Shown piece by piece: positions 45,677-56,200 of a stretch of 64,000 nt of DNA; within the stretch, counting starts at the first letter, position 1, and the number at the start of each line of letters is the position of its first letter. Under the pieces are notes generated by a model. That model worked only from the letters and a program-made list of their open reading frames with translations. It had not been told where the DNA came from and did no database searches. The position numbers were made by a program, and so were the translations under genes. The stretch lies in assembly GCA_038064835.1 (NCBI GenBank), contig JBBTSD010000001.1, forward strand, positions 28,422 through 92,421, read 5' to 3'. Source of the stretch: Patescibacteria group bacterium (lineage in GTDB: Bacteria; Patescibacteriota; Minisyncoccia; Phycocordibacterales; UBA2100).

Positions 45677-46483
45677 TCATCGCGCTCTCCACTCGATCCT
45701 CATTTTAAGAATGCGAGCTACGACTGCTTCAGCTGTGCGCCTTATTTCCGCCTGATGAGCATCGCGGGCAATATAGTGCAGCACAAGTTCCGGATAGATG
45801 CGCATCATCTCATCCGTGTAGTGCTGTATCGCCTTGCCGCGCGCGGTCATTGTAAGAGTTTGTGACGCGCGAATGAGCTTGAGCCGCGCTTGTTTCATTC
45901 GGATAGAGCGCTTGGCATCAAGAATGACTAGTGTCGGCCCCGCTCCGCACACCCAGATACCTCCTGCCTCGACAATGACAGACACCGACATGATATTCGC
46001 TCGATGGAGATATCTTGAGTTGTATTCCGCACAATCGTCTGAACCTGTGGGCCCGACGAGCAATTCCGACGGTTTGGGTAGGGAAAGTGCCGGATATTTG
46101 CCATTATTATTTTCCGCCACATACCGTTTCGTAAAGAAATCGGCCGAATGGCTGTGTAGAGTGAACAGGAAGCGCAGGGCTTCGCTTGGGGCATCTGAAG
46201 GCACGAGCTTGAAGAGTTGAGCGTCGGTGACATCTCGAGGTACAAAGCCTATGCTTCCTTCGGATACAACAACGGCGCAGGCCGAGTTCGTCTGCACGCT
46301 GTTGCATAGCATCGAAGCCGAATATTCAGGTTCTCCGCCACCCGGCAGTGCGCGCGCACGAAGAATAGCAATCACTTCGTGCAACTCTGCCTTGCTAGGG
46401 GAGGTTTTTTCTTCTGCGCGCACCGAACCAAACAGTGCAACACCAAGGGCACACAAGGTAACAAACAGTAGTCCTTTTCTCAT
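45677..46483 (-). CDS. Secreted hypothetical protein, possible JAB/MPN-like metal site
   Basis: Signal peptide ending VRA|E. GGAG ribosome-binding site. E...LHSHS...PTGSD. Confidence 0.6.
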   Translation of the reverse strand: MRKGLLFVTLCALGVALFGSVRAEEKTSPSKAELHEVIAILRARALPGGGEPEYSASMLCNSVQTNSACAVVVSEGSIGFVPRDVTDAQLFKLVPSDAPSEALRFLFTLHSHSADFFTKRYVAENNNGKYPALSLPKPSELLVGPTGSDDCAEYNSRYLHRANIMSVSVIVEAGGIWVCGAGPTLVILDAKRSIRMKQARLKLIRASQTLTMTARGKAIQHYTDEMMRIYPELVLHYIARDAHQAEIRRTAEAVVARILKMRIEWRAR

Positions 46484-46625
46484 TTTCCATACTCCACTGC
46501 TTCCGTTATCATGACATATTCTAGTATAATTTCAAGGATTGTGGCGACTTGCTTTTTATTGAATACATGTCATTATTTTTATAGGCGTGACGCAGAGACG
46601 ACATGCCGCATCAGGAGAGAGTGTT

Positions 46626-47066
46626 ATGACAAAAAAGCCTTCCCGCTCGCGGGAAGAGCGCTTCAGTAGAACTAATGTGCCGCCCTCACTCGAAGTAGCG
46701 CATGATCGCTTTGCCGATCTTGGTGAAGACATGCTCCGCATCGACGGTGACTTGGCCGCAGCTTCGACTGATTTGCGTGACCCGACATTCCCTGAACACA
46801 AGAAAGCAGAGCTTCGTGAGTGGCGCACGCGCGCTATCAGGGCACGGAGCTGTATTGGCAGGGAACGCAAGTGGCTCGAAGAGTGGTTGCGGCAACAGGT
46901 GATCGGGTCCAATACTACCGGCCCGAGAGCACATGTCTTTCTTCGACGCGCTCACAAGATCCTTGCGGAACTTGTGCAAGAGGACGCCGTCGAGTTCTTT
47001 CCTGAAGAAATCAGATTTATTCAAGACACAGGCAGGATTCTAGAGATTGCGCGGGCAGTTTCATAG
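46626..47066 (+). CDS. Hypothetical helical protein
   Basis: AGGAGAG before ATG 46626, followed by a terminator-like hairpin ccgggt-ttgt-acccgg plus T-tract at ~47077-47098. Confidence 0.6.
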   Translation: MTKKPSRSREERFSRTNVPPSLEVAHDRFADLGEDMLRIDGDLAAASTDLRDPTFPEHKKAELREWRTRAIRARSCIGRERKWLEEWLRQQVIGSNTTGPRAHVFLRRAHKILAELVQEDAVEFFPEEIRFIQDTGRILEIARAVS

Positions 47067-47121
47067 AAATTAAGAGCCGGGTTTGTACCCGGTTTTTTCA
47101 TATCCGTGCACGGGAAGACTT

Positions 47122-47364
47122 TTAAATCAGCCCAGCTTTTTTGAGTACTTGGTGCGCGCCGTGTTTGCGAATTGTCTTAATACCCTTTGCTGATACAACA
47201 ACAATGATGCTCTTGCCGAGTTCAGGAATGAAAATCTTCTTTTTCTGGAGGTTTACATGGCGACGACGCTTGCCGGTAGGGTTGAATTGGGTGGCACGCG
47301 TGCGGTTTGAATATCCGCCGCCGACGCGAGAGCGTTTCCCAGTGATTGCGCATTCCTTTGCCAT
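47122..47364 (-). CDS. rpmB: 50S ribosomal protein L28
   Basis: MAKECAITGK...G...S.....KRR...NLQ.K......VSAKGIK. Carries an RATQFNPTG insertion. Confidence 0.92.
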   Translation of the reverse strand: MAKECAITGKRSRVGGGYSNRTRATQFNPTGKRRRHVNLQKKKIFIPELGKSIIVVVSAKGIKTIRKHGAHQVLKKAGLI

Positions 47365-47521
47365 AGTGTCGAGTATGGTACCATCACATTATGGATTATG
47401 CAATTGGCGTATCCCTTCGTTGCTTCGTGCGGCGATTTTCTCCACCGTACTAACATAGTACGCTTGCGAAAATCACCTTCTCACGCCTCGGGTTACATCC
47501 AATTCCATAATCCATACCATT

Positions 47522-48157
47522 ATGCAAATCGACATCATATTCAACATTGTCATCATTGTCTTCTCGGTAGTTATTCACGAGGTATCGCACGGCTACATGG
47601 CCAACTTTCTGGGAGATCCAACAGCCCGCCTCCAGGGCAGGCTGACACTCAATCCTATCAGCCACCTAGACCCTTTCGGATCGGTTATATTGCCACTCAT
47701 GCTCTCGCTCTCAAGCTCGCCACTTCTTTTCGGGTGGGCAAAGCCAGTCCCGTATAATCCCTACAATTTGCGGCGCGGGGGACTGTGGTCGGAGGCCTTG
47801 GTTGCTGGCGCTGGCCCTGCGTCAAACCTTGCCATCGCACTGATGTTCGCACTTTTCATTCGCATCGGTTCGAACATGGGTGTTTCTGAAAGCGTGCTCG
47901 CGCTGTCACTCATGGTGGTGGGTATCAATGTCATGTTGGCGCTGTTTAATCTCGTGCCGATTCCACCACTCGATGGCTCAAAAATTCTGTCGGCAATTTT
48001 GCCAAGAGGTATGGCGCAACGCTGGGAGGTGGTGCGTGTCCAGTTAGAGCAGAACCTGCTATTTGGGTTTGGGGCCGTCATTCTTTTTGTCATGTTGCTC
48101 GGTCCCTTGCTCGGAGGTACCGTGAGAAGTGTCGCGTATTTCCTTGCCGGTATATAA
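47522..48157 (+). CDS. Site-2 protease (peptidase M50)
   Basis: HEVSHG, GDPTA...GRLTLNP..H.D, GWAKPVP, AGPASN, FNLVPIPPLDG. Confidence 0.93.
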   Translation: MQIDIIFNIVIIVFSVVIHEVSHGYMANFLGDPTARLQGRLTLNPISHLDPFGSVILPLMLSLSSSPLLFGWAKPVPYNPYNLRRGGLWSEALVAGAGPASNLAIALMFALFIRIGSNMGVSESVLALSLMVVGINVMLALFNLVPIPPLDGSKILSAILPRGMAQRWEVVRVQLEQNLLFGFGAVILFVMLLGPLLGGTVRSVAYFLAGI

Positions 48158-48320
48158 ACCCAATGAACTCAAGTTTTAAAAAGTTCATTGGTATATAACC
48201 ACGGCGTACCACAAGAGTACTTCAGAAAACATAGTCGCTGTCACTCCTTGTTTTCTTGGTCGTCGGAGAAAATGAAAGAAAATCTTTCGCTTTCTCCTCG
48301 CTTGTGGTTATAGTACCGCG

Positions 48321-48713
48321 ATGGTGCGCGTAAAGATTATAGTTGCTCTGGCACTTGCAGTACTTTTGGGCGGATTCGTACTTCTTTTGTACTTGGCGCA
48401 AAGCAATGTGGCGCACAGCGTTGCTATGACAGATGATATGCAGGTGGCAATCGTACTTACACCAACCGGATATGAACCAAAAGAAGTGCGTGTAAAAAAG
48501 GGAACAACCGTTTTGTTTACCACTACCATCGGACATGCACATTGGCCATCGTCGGATTTGCATCCGTCGCACATGATTTACGCCGAGTTTGATCCGAAAC
48601 GACCACTAAAATCCGACGAGGCTTGGAGCTTTGGTTTTGACAAAGTGGGTACCTGGGGATTTCACGATCATATACGCGCCTATTTCACCGGGGTTATTTA
48701 TGTCGAAGAATAG
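48321..48713 (+). CDS. Membrane-anchored cupredoxin-like protein with His-rich site
   Basis: TM. GYEP..V.VKKGTTV.F, HWPSSDLHPSH, GTWGFHDH...G.I.VE. Confidence 0.75.
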   Translation: MVRVKIIVALALAVLLGGFVLLLYLAQSNVAHSVAMTDDMQVAIVLTPTGYEPKEVRVKKGTTVLFTTTIGHAHWPSSDLHPSHMIYAEFDPKRPLKSDEAWSFGFDKVGTWGFHDHIRAYFTGVIYVEE

Positions 48714-49914
48714 AATTCTGTTCTCTGGCGCAGGATGCTTCTTGCTTCTGTGTCTTGGGTGGCTTGTTTGGTCGTTCTTGGTGTCAGTATCGTCAAATAA
48801 TATATCGGCAATCACAGCTTGTGCCCAGGAATTTACCGGTCAATCAGAGCGGATAAATTGCTGGTATCGGTTGATTGAAAAAGAAATCATCAAAGATGGT
48901 GTGCCCGCAGGTATGCATGCCTTCACCTACATATATGACAACTATCCAGACTTTGTTTCAACAGGATGCCATGTGCATGCCCACAAAGTGGGAGACATGG
49001 TTTATTACGGCGTCTACTTGGCCGATCCTCGGCTCGAGGCACTTGAGTATCCCGATTCACTCACTGCGTGCGGCTACGGATTTTTTCACGGGTTTCTTGA
49101 ACACCTAATCCAAGATCATCCGACAACAAAATTTGTCACAGAAACATGTGAGTGGATGAGTGAGCGTCTGGAGGAAAGAATGCCCGCGATACGCACCATT
49201 TGCTATCACGGTTCCGGACATGGTTTTACTCTCGCTCAGGTAGAAAAAGTACCACAGGCGCAGTGGGGCGATCTGATTGCTTTCACTAAAGACCCGCTTG
49301 AAAAATGCGACGCTCTTTCCGTGCCGAGAGAGATTGAGCGAGAGGAGTGTCGCGAAGGCGTGTTCAATGTACTTATCAATTGGGCAGAGGGAGGTGAGTA
49401 TGGGTTTTCGTTTAATCGCGATAACCCGCTTGTGATTTGTGATGCTTTCGAGAAAAAGTGGCGACACGCATGCTATTACGAGTTTTCGCAAAAGCTGGAC
49501 CATATTGCACGAAGAGATGTGATGGAATTATGGCGGGTGGCAAATAAAATCAAAGACAGAGATGAGGCATCTGTCGTATTTCGTGTGGCCATGGCGGGCG
49601 CGGTTCAACAGACTATTGCCGACGGTACTTATATCGGCCTCACAAAGAAGTGTCTTTTGGCCGGCCCTCAAGTGGAGAACATGTGTATTGAAAGTATTGT
49701 GAATGGCCTATTTGAGCACGGTTCTCCGCGGAAAGAGCATGATAAGGCTCTCGCGTTTTGTATGGAAGAGTGGCTGAATGATGCCCAACGCACTCAATGT
49801 TATACGGCGGTTGCGACGCGGCTCTTGCGATTTCATACCAGAGAAGATGCTGATGATGATTGCAGAGACTTTCCCAAAGAGTATCAAAGCATGTGCCTTA
49901 GGGCTCGCCCATAA
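48700..49914 (+). CDS. Membrane-anchored Cys/His-rich helical-repeat protein
   Basis: Likely start ATG 48700. TM. CHVHAHKVG, CGYGFFHG, CYHGSGHG, C.EGVF and many spaced Cys. Confidence 0.75.
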   Translation: MSKNRILFSGAGCFLLLCLGWLVWSFLVSVSSNNISAITACAQEFTGQSERINCWYRLIEKEIIKDGVPAGMHAFTYIYDNYPDFVSTGCHVHAHKVGDMVYYGVYLADPRLEALEYPDSLTACGYGFFHGFLEHLIQDHPTTKFVTETCEWMSERLEERMPAIRTICYHGSGHGFTLAQVEKVPQAQWGDLIAFTKDPLEKCDALSVPREIEREECREGVFNVLINWAEGGEYGFSFNRDNPLVICDAFEKKWRHACYYEFSQKLDHIARRDVMELWRVANKIKDRDEASVVFRVAMAGAVQQTIADGTYIGLTKKCLLAGPQVENMCIESIVNGLFEHGSPRKEHDKALAFCMEEWLNDAQRTQCYTAVATRLLRFHTREDADDDCRDFPKEYQSMCLRARP

Positions 49915-49947
49915 TGCGTCGTTGAACAATTGATTCACCCACATTAC

Positions 49948-49976
49948 TTGCATTTATTGCCATGCCATAGTACGCT
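49948..49976 (+). promoter_or_regulatory. Putative rpsL promoter
   Basis: TTGCAT, 17 nt, TACGCT. Confidence 0.45.
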
Positions 49977-50003
49977 CTTCGGGCCTGAAAGGGCTTTTTT
50001 TAC

Positions 50004-50414
50004 ATGGCGACAATCAATCAACTCATAAAGAAAAACCGAAAGGACCCGGTGCGGCGTTCGCAGGTCATGGCACTCGGGCGCGGTTTTAATCGTCTCAAGA
50101 ATCGTCCGTCGTTCTACCCGTCTCCATTCAAGCGTGGTGTGTGCACCAAAGTAACCACCAAGACTCCTCGTAAGCCAAACTCTGCTATCCGCAAGATTGC
50201 GCGTGTGCGTTTGACAAACGGTATGGAAATCACCGCGTATATTCCTGGTGAAAAGCACACCCTGCAAGAGCACTCAGTGGTGTTGGTCCGCTCAGGTCGT
50301 GTTAAGGATGTTGGCTTGCGTTACACGGTTGTGCGTGGCAAGTTTGACGCCGCAGGTGTCGACGGGCGTCGTCGTGGCCGATCTCGCTATGGGGCCAAGA
50401 AGCCAAAGAAATAA
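50004..50414 (+). CDS. rpsL: 30S ribosomal protein S12
   Basis: MATINQL, RGVC, TP(R)KPNSA.RK.ARVRL.NG.E.TAYIPGE.H.LQEHS, SRYG.K.PK. Confidence 0.99.
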   Translation: MATINQLIKKNRKDPVRRSQVMALGRGFNRLKNRPSFYPSPFKRGVCTKVTTKTPRKPNSAIRKIARVRLTNGMEITAYIPGEKHTLQEHSVVLVRSGRVKDVGLRYTVVRGKFDAAGVDGRRRGRSRYGAKKPKK

Positions 50415-50438
50415 GGAAGTAAGGAATAAAAATAATAT

Positions 50439-50900
50439 ATGCGCCGACCATTTAAAAAGAAGCATCGAGCTACTCCCGACCCTGTTTACGGTTCTCTACT
50501 CGTTTCCAAGCTCACCAACTATGTAATGGAGCGCGGCAAGAAAGACACTGCTCGTCGCGTTGTATACGCTATGCTCGAAGATCTCAAGAAAGAAGGTGAC
50601 CCCATTACTATCCTCGAGACGGCTATCAAGAATGTTGAGCCGGCAATGGAGGTGCGATCTCGTCGTGTGGGAGGAGCAAACTACCAAGTGCCTACCCCAG
50701 TGCGTCCTGAACGCCAGCTGGCCCTCTCTCTTCGCTGGATTATCGGCGCCGCTCGCGCAAAGAAAGGGACTCCTCTCGCACAAAAACTTTCCACAGAAAT
50801 TCTCGCGGCTCACAAAGGAACCGGAGAAGCGGTCGGCAAGCGCGACAACATGCACAAGATGGCCGAGGCCAACAAGGCATTTGCACACTTTGCGTGGTAA
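50439..50900 (+). CDS. rpsG: 30S ribosomal protein S7
   Basis: PDP.Y, GKK..A, EVRSRRVGGANYQVP, HKMAEANKAFAHF. Confidence 0.99.
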   Translation: MRRPFKKKHRATPDPVYGSLLVSKLTNYVMERGKKDTARRVVYAMLEDLKKEGDPITILETAIKNVEPAMEVRSRRVGGANYQVPTPVRPERQLALSLRWIIGAARAKKGTPLAQKLSTEILAAHKGTGEAVGKRDNMHKMAEANKAFAHFAW

Positions 50901-50962
50901 TACCATCGCCACTAGTCGAACGCTTTAGACACCTTCTTTTTCTTTGGTGTCGACGGTAATGC

Positions 50963-51679
50963 TCACAATTGGGTGATTTCCTTTTGTCGGGCCGCCAGCG
51001 CTCCGTACACCACCAGCTCTTCTTGGGGATCAATATCAAGCACTTTTTCAATTGCCTGGTGGTCGAGGCCTCCGAACGGGCGCAGGCGCACTCCGAGCGC
51101 TGTAGCAACGAGCGCCATGTTTTGCATGATATGACCCGCTTCAAGGAGGGCGAGCGGATACGCGAAGTCGTGGTACTTGCGCGAAGATTTTTCAAGGGAG
51201 GCAGTTAGAAGTAGTACATTCGCTCCTTGCAAAGACTCTGTTCGCGAGACATATGTCTCGACTTTTTCTTGTGTGGACAACGCCCACAGATGCTCGAGAG
51301 CATGCACATCAGGCCGGTAGTGAAAAACTGCACGCTGGAGTGTCTCGACGGAAAATGCGAGTAGATATGCTTCAATAGGATAGTACCCACCCCCAGAGGG
51401 ATATGGACGGCGTTTTCGTTCCGTGAGCTTCATCGCTCCGCCGAGCAGGTGTGAGATGTCCGAAAAAGAGAGTGGTGCGCACGCGGAGGGCATATCAGAG
51501 TTTCTCAATTCGAGCGCTCTGAAGAGGGATACTTCTGGATCAGAGAGGTGGTCCATTGGTACGAGCTCCATGCGCTCGTATCTCTTTGCCAGGCGTGTCT
51601 CGTGCAGATGTGCTGTTCCATGTGTAAAACGGCTGTCTTGAAAGTGTTGATGTATTTCCCGGTAAAGATTGTGAGGCAT
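50963..51679 (-). CDS. SagB/ThcOx-type FMN-dependent dehydrogenase (nitroreductase fold)
   Basis: AL..R.S, RRPYPSGGGYYPIEAY, FHY.P..H.LE, KY...AY..ALLEAGHI.QN..L.ATALG...FGG. Start ATG 51679, 7 nt after the ycaO stop. Confidence 0.92.
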   Translation of the reverse strand: MPHNLYREIHQHFQDSRFTHGTAHLHETRLAKRYERMELVPMDHLSDPEVSLFRALELRNSDMPSACAPLSFSDISHLLGGAMKLTERKRRPYPSGGGYYPIEAYLLAFSVETLQRAVFHYRPDVHALEHLWALSTQEKVETYVSRTESLQGANVLLLTASLEKSSRKYHDFAYPLALLEAGHIMQNMALVATALGVRLRPFGGLDHQAIEKVLDIDPQEELVVYGALAARQKEITQL

Positions 51680-51686
51680 GACAGAG

Positions 51687-53102
51687 TTATGCAAACGGAT
51701 GGGGCTCCTCGGCGAAAGGAGTTTCTCGTGGAGTGTATCCGAAAAGTTTTGGAATTTCAGTGAGACGCGCACCACCAAGACAGGGAAAACGCTCATTGAT
51801 ATGCAAAGGTTGTAACTCGGGAATCACGACGAATTCCACATGCCATGGTGTCGGATTTTTCGGGGAGATGCCGAGCGGGACAGAGGCGCATCCATACCCA
51901 CGCTCTGTGCACCACCCTACGATTCTATCCAGATGTTCGTCTTTGGTGTCGTGTTCCCACATGGCTTGTACGGGCTTTTCCAGCACTCCATTGGTGAGAA
52001 ATGCGAGGCGCGCCGCGCGTTTTGTATCCGTCCAATAAACCGCGCGCTCGAAATGCTTGATGCGATGTGGCACGATTGCATCTACGCTGTAGAGGTGCCG
52101 CCACGAAGAGCGAATATTTTTTCGAATACGAAGTGCCTCGCGTATCGCATGTGCGGCCGCTTCCGACAAGCGCGCATGTACGCCAAGCCCGAGTACGACA
52201 GGAACCCCGCCAGGAGCATCATCTCGGATGACAGCGCAGACAACATGCGCAGGTGCATCCGTAGGGAGCTTGATAATATCCGCACGCAGACGATAGCGCT
52301 CCATCCGTTGCAGTAACAGCGAGAGCTCATCGGACTTGTGTGCCAAATAATCGAGCGCGATGCGTGGGCAGGTGAGCTGATTAAGCCACATGATCATAAA
52401 CGCATCGCGCTCGATTATCTCGAGCGCACCATTAAGAAGTGCAAATTCCCGTGTTGGTCCGGTAGCGAGCCCTGTAGTAATTCTGGGTCGTAGCATCGGC
52501 TCTCGTTTTTCCTGGAGATACTTTCCACTTGAAGTGATTTGTGCGGGAATATACATACGTGCGTTTGTTTTAAGGCAACGACCTCTAACCCATGCAAATG
52601 CTGAATCATGCGGTACTGCGGTGGAGCGCTGTGCTCGTTGCGCCCTAGAAAAACCCGCAAAAGAGGAAATGGGGAGGTGTCGCTTCTTGGCCATATCTTG
52701 TTCTGTGCTCCAGCACAGGCCCTGCATGTGTTCGGTGTCATAGCGCCACAGGTGTCTCTCCAGACATTCGGCAAGGGCGGAAGCCAGCGCCTGCGGGTCA
52801 GATGTCGCTGAAGACCCGCCGGCCGCCTCGTCCTTCGCGAATTGCGCGCTCCATGCGTGCATGTGTGGCTCGTCAGGCATGTGGCCGGTTTGTCGAATAC
52901 CGAGAAGTATTCCAGCATCTTGAAGATTACGCACAATAGGGCGAAGCGGCAGCATGTCGCTCTGAGAAAGACGAGTGGCGTCGCGTACCAGCTCGGCTCC
53001 AAACGAAGCCTCAACAGACTCCGCAAATGCCGCCCGTGCTTTTTCGAACACATTTCCCGAACGATACTCTGTAACGACTCGAGATACAGAGCGAAGTGTC
53101 AT
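51687..53102 (-). CDS. YcaO-family cyclodehydratase (stand-alone)
   Basis: ATP/Mg motifs ALAECLER, TTGLA....A...GALEIIERDA, AIREA. V.IPEL.P and a Pro-rich C-terminus EPHPFA. Start placed at ATG 53102, with TATACT 6 nt upstream. Confidence 0.93.
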   Translation of the reverse strand: MTLRSVSRVVTEYRSGNVFEKARAAFAESVEASFGAELVRDATRLSQSDMLPLRPIVRNLQDAGILLGIRQTGHMPDEPHMHAWSAQFAKDEAAGGSSATSDPQALASALAECLERHLWRYDTEHMQGLCWSTEQDMAKKRHLPISSFAGFSRAQRAQRSTAVPHDSAFAWVRGRCLKTNARMYIPAQITSSGKYLQEKREPMLRPRITTGLATGPTREFALLNGALEIIERDAFMIMWLNQLTCPRIALDYLAHKSDELSLLLQRMERYRLRADIIKLPTDAPAHVVCAVIRDDAPGGVPVVLGLGVHARLSEAAAHAIREALRIRKNIRSSWRHLYSVDAIVPHRIKHFERAVYWTDTKRAARLAFLTNGVLEKPVQAMWEHDTKDEHLDRIVGWCTERGYGCASVPLGISPKNPTPWHVEFVVIPELQPLHINERFPCLGGARLTEIPKLFGYTPRETPFAEEPHPFA

Positions 53103-53214
53103 GAGGGGAGTATACCAATGGGCAGATATCGTCGAGCATTGACATATCTCCGTAGCGGTTGTGTTCCGCCGGTTGTGGACACGATACCCTGATACCATGA
53201 CGCCATCTTCCGCC

Positions 53215-56200
53215 ATGAACCCTGATTCTCAAAGAACAAAAGCGTACAAGATTTCCGCACACCAAGATTCTTTGGCCGGACGCCCCGGCAAGGACACTGG
53301 CGCGGATACCGACTTGATTACTTCTAAAAACGAATGGACGGTGGCTCTGGCACATGCGCGCGCGGTGATCGAAGCAGAACTCCTCGGGAAAAAGGCACCA
53401 CAGTTTCCTTTCTCAAAGGCGCCACAGTTCCTGAGCCCGGGTACGGCAGGGGTGTGTATATGGGTTGGGGGCTCTCTCCGGGGTTCGCATATAGTCGAAG
53501 GCGCACTTTTGGGGAATGCAGTGAGCGAATCGGCGGCACAAACAGTGCAAGACCCTCGATTCAAACCGATTGCGGAAGCGGATAGTAAAAACATGAGAGT
53601 ACAGGTGAGTCAGATTTCTTCTGTGTGGGTACGCATTGATCCACGCACCGGGACGCTCGCGCACAATAAAGGGTATGCACTCGTGCACGGAGGGAAGACA
53701 GGGTGGTTTCTTCCGGAGGTTTTTAGCATACGGACATTTACCAGTATTTCACAGTTGGCACGAGCGCTGGCACGAGAAAAGTTGCATCTTCCGGAGGAAG
53801 TTGCATTCGGGAAAGATACCGAGTTGTATACATTCGAAGTATACGAGGTGGTGGAGTCTATGTGCGAGTCCGAGCTGTCAGTGGGCGGTGCTCAGACATA
53901 CCCCGTGCATCTCGATGGTCCAATACCTCGCGAAGCTCGCACTGATCGCGAGAGCTCCATCTCTCGGATGGTAGCGTATGCGGTACGCTGTTGTAACGAG
54001 GACGGCAGTATCACCTGTGCGCTATCGGAAGGGATCGCAGACGCTCGCTACGAATGGGGGAGAGCATTTTTTTCAATTGCTGCCATGGCCGAATATGCGC
54101 GCACAGCACCCTCCGCACTAACCAAGGCGGCTCATCGTGCGTATCACTACCATCGGTCACATCTTTTTGGGAAGCGTGGCGCACATCTTCCGGACACAGC
54201 GCTTTTGTATGCATACCTGGGGCACGCGGCGCTTTCCTTCGGTTTTGTAGACGATGCGCGAATGTGTTCCGAATATATTAAGGGGGTGGTCGAACGGGAA
54301 AGATTTTCTCCGATACCGTTCGGTCAAGCGGCGAGTTTCCTAAGCAGAATGATTCTGGTAGGTCTGGATATAAAAGCGCATGCCGCGGCGTACTGCTTGG
54401 CAACTCTTGCGCGCCATTTCGAAGAGGATACAAACAAGTCGACAGCGTCATATGCAGAACTTGCCACGGCAAGTGCCATCTTCTACAAAGCAACACAGAG
54501 TGAATGGGCGCTCGGTCTTGCCCGCATGACAGCGCGGTGGCTCATGAGCGAACAACTTTCTGACGGAGCGTTTAGAGGTTCGCAGTCGAGCACATCTGCA
54601 TATACACGAGGTACGGGGAAGGTAATCGAAGCGCTCGCCGAATACGCCCGTTCGTGCCCGCTTTCAGAAGACGAGCGCGCTCGCGTCGTCACCGCTATGG
54701 GTCGTGGCGAATCGTGGATGATGCGCATGCAGTATTCTGCAGAGAGTAGCTTTGCGCTATCAAAAACCTTTCGAGAGAAAGTGCAGGGGGGATTTCGTCA
54801 CGACTACTTCAGCAAAGATGCATGGCTTGATGCAGTGTGGCACTTCCTGCTTTACAAAGCGCGCCGGGAAAGCAATGACGAAAAGCGAGCACATGGTCAT
54901 CAGACGATAGAATTCTTGCCTCTGCGAAATGCCCCGCGTTTTTTTAAGGAGCACGGCGAAGATTCGCGTCTTCGCACCGACAAGTACGCTGCTCTGGGGT
55001 GGGCGTTCATGAAGAAGCTGGGTGTGGGGTCTGCAATTGAAAAATTATCCACTCGAGAGCTTCTGGATGCGTGGACAATTCTGCGACGAGCGCGCATCAC
55101 AGAGAGTGAGGTTGCGCACACTATGCGGTACATGGCGTTTCCGGACACGCCTGGATTTTTTGCGTGCCACCCAACTCTTTCCTATGAGCCTGGAAGCACC
55201 GACGGGAGGACAAAACAGCGCAGGTATGCTCATGGATTCAGTGAATCGTGGGAGCGCGCACTCGCACAGTCAGTGGGAGAAATGTATGAACGGTACTTTC
55301 TCTCGCTGTATAAGAGCAACGAGTTGCGCCTTGCGTCGGTAAATGAACTAAAGGCTGATCATGTGGCGCATCTCGACCCAGCATATCTGACTCGGCTTTC
55401 CGAATCACAAGTCAAGGCTCTCGGCTCTCGATCGTGGGACGAGAGTGTGCCGTTGCGCTGGGTGGAAGGAGTGCGGGTGAGTTCAGGCAAGAAAGTGCTT
55501 ATTCCTGCGCAACTCGTGTTTTGGAATTACTCGTGTGCGAATGACGAGGCAAGACTCTGCGAGAGCAATTCCAGCGGTCTGGGGGCAGCGGGAAGCTCTG
55601 CGGGGGCGCTTCTTGCCGGGCTACATGAAGTGTTGGAGCGGGATGCTTTTCTTGCGCACTGGCTCACTAAAACACCGCTAGAGCGCATTACTCTTGCGAG
55701 CGTGCCCGGAGAGAAATGTGCGCGCTTTGTCGACCGCGCGCGAAAGCATGGGGTTCGCATGAGTTTGTTTCGAGCAGGAACGACGGGAGGTATTGATGCA
55801 TTCTATGCGCTTCTTGAAGACGAGAGAGGTCGAGGAAATCCGCGTGTGGTGCTTGGCGGTTCCTGCAAATCGAATCCTGTGGCCGCGATTGAACGCGCCC
55901 TCGAGGAAGTGTGGTCAATATATTTCGCTGTGCGCGCAGAAGAGAAAGGCTCGTATGAACTGCTGGCCGAAGATTATGTGCCGTTCAAGAGCCCGCTTGC
56001 CATAGGCAAACGAGTGTCACTCTGGTCTCACCAAGATACCGCTCCTGAAATCTCCTTTCTTCTAAAAGTAAAAGAGCAAGACTTTAGTGTACCCTCGCGT
56101 ACTGGTACCAGGAACGCACATGAAGAGCTCCTCACAACTGTGGAAGACATTGAAAAGCAAGGGGTCGGCTACGAGGTGTTTGCGTACCATGCGGTGCACC

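Noticed and set aside
53950-54870. Middle domain of the YcaO fusion as a LanC lanthionine cyclase
   Set aside because: No WCxG or CHG zinc-ligand motifs seen, and no dehydratase nearby. Kept only as a generic helical toroid.
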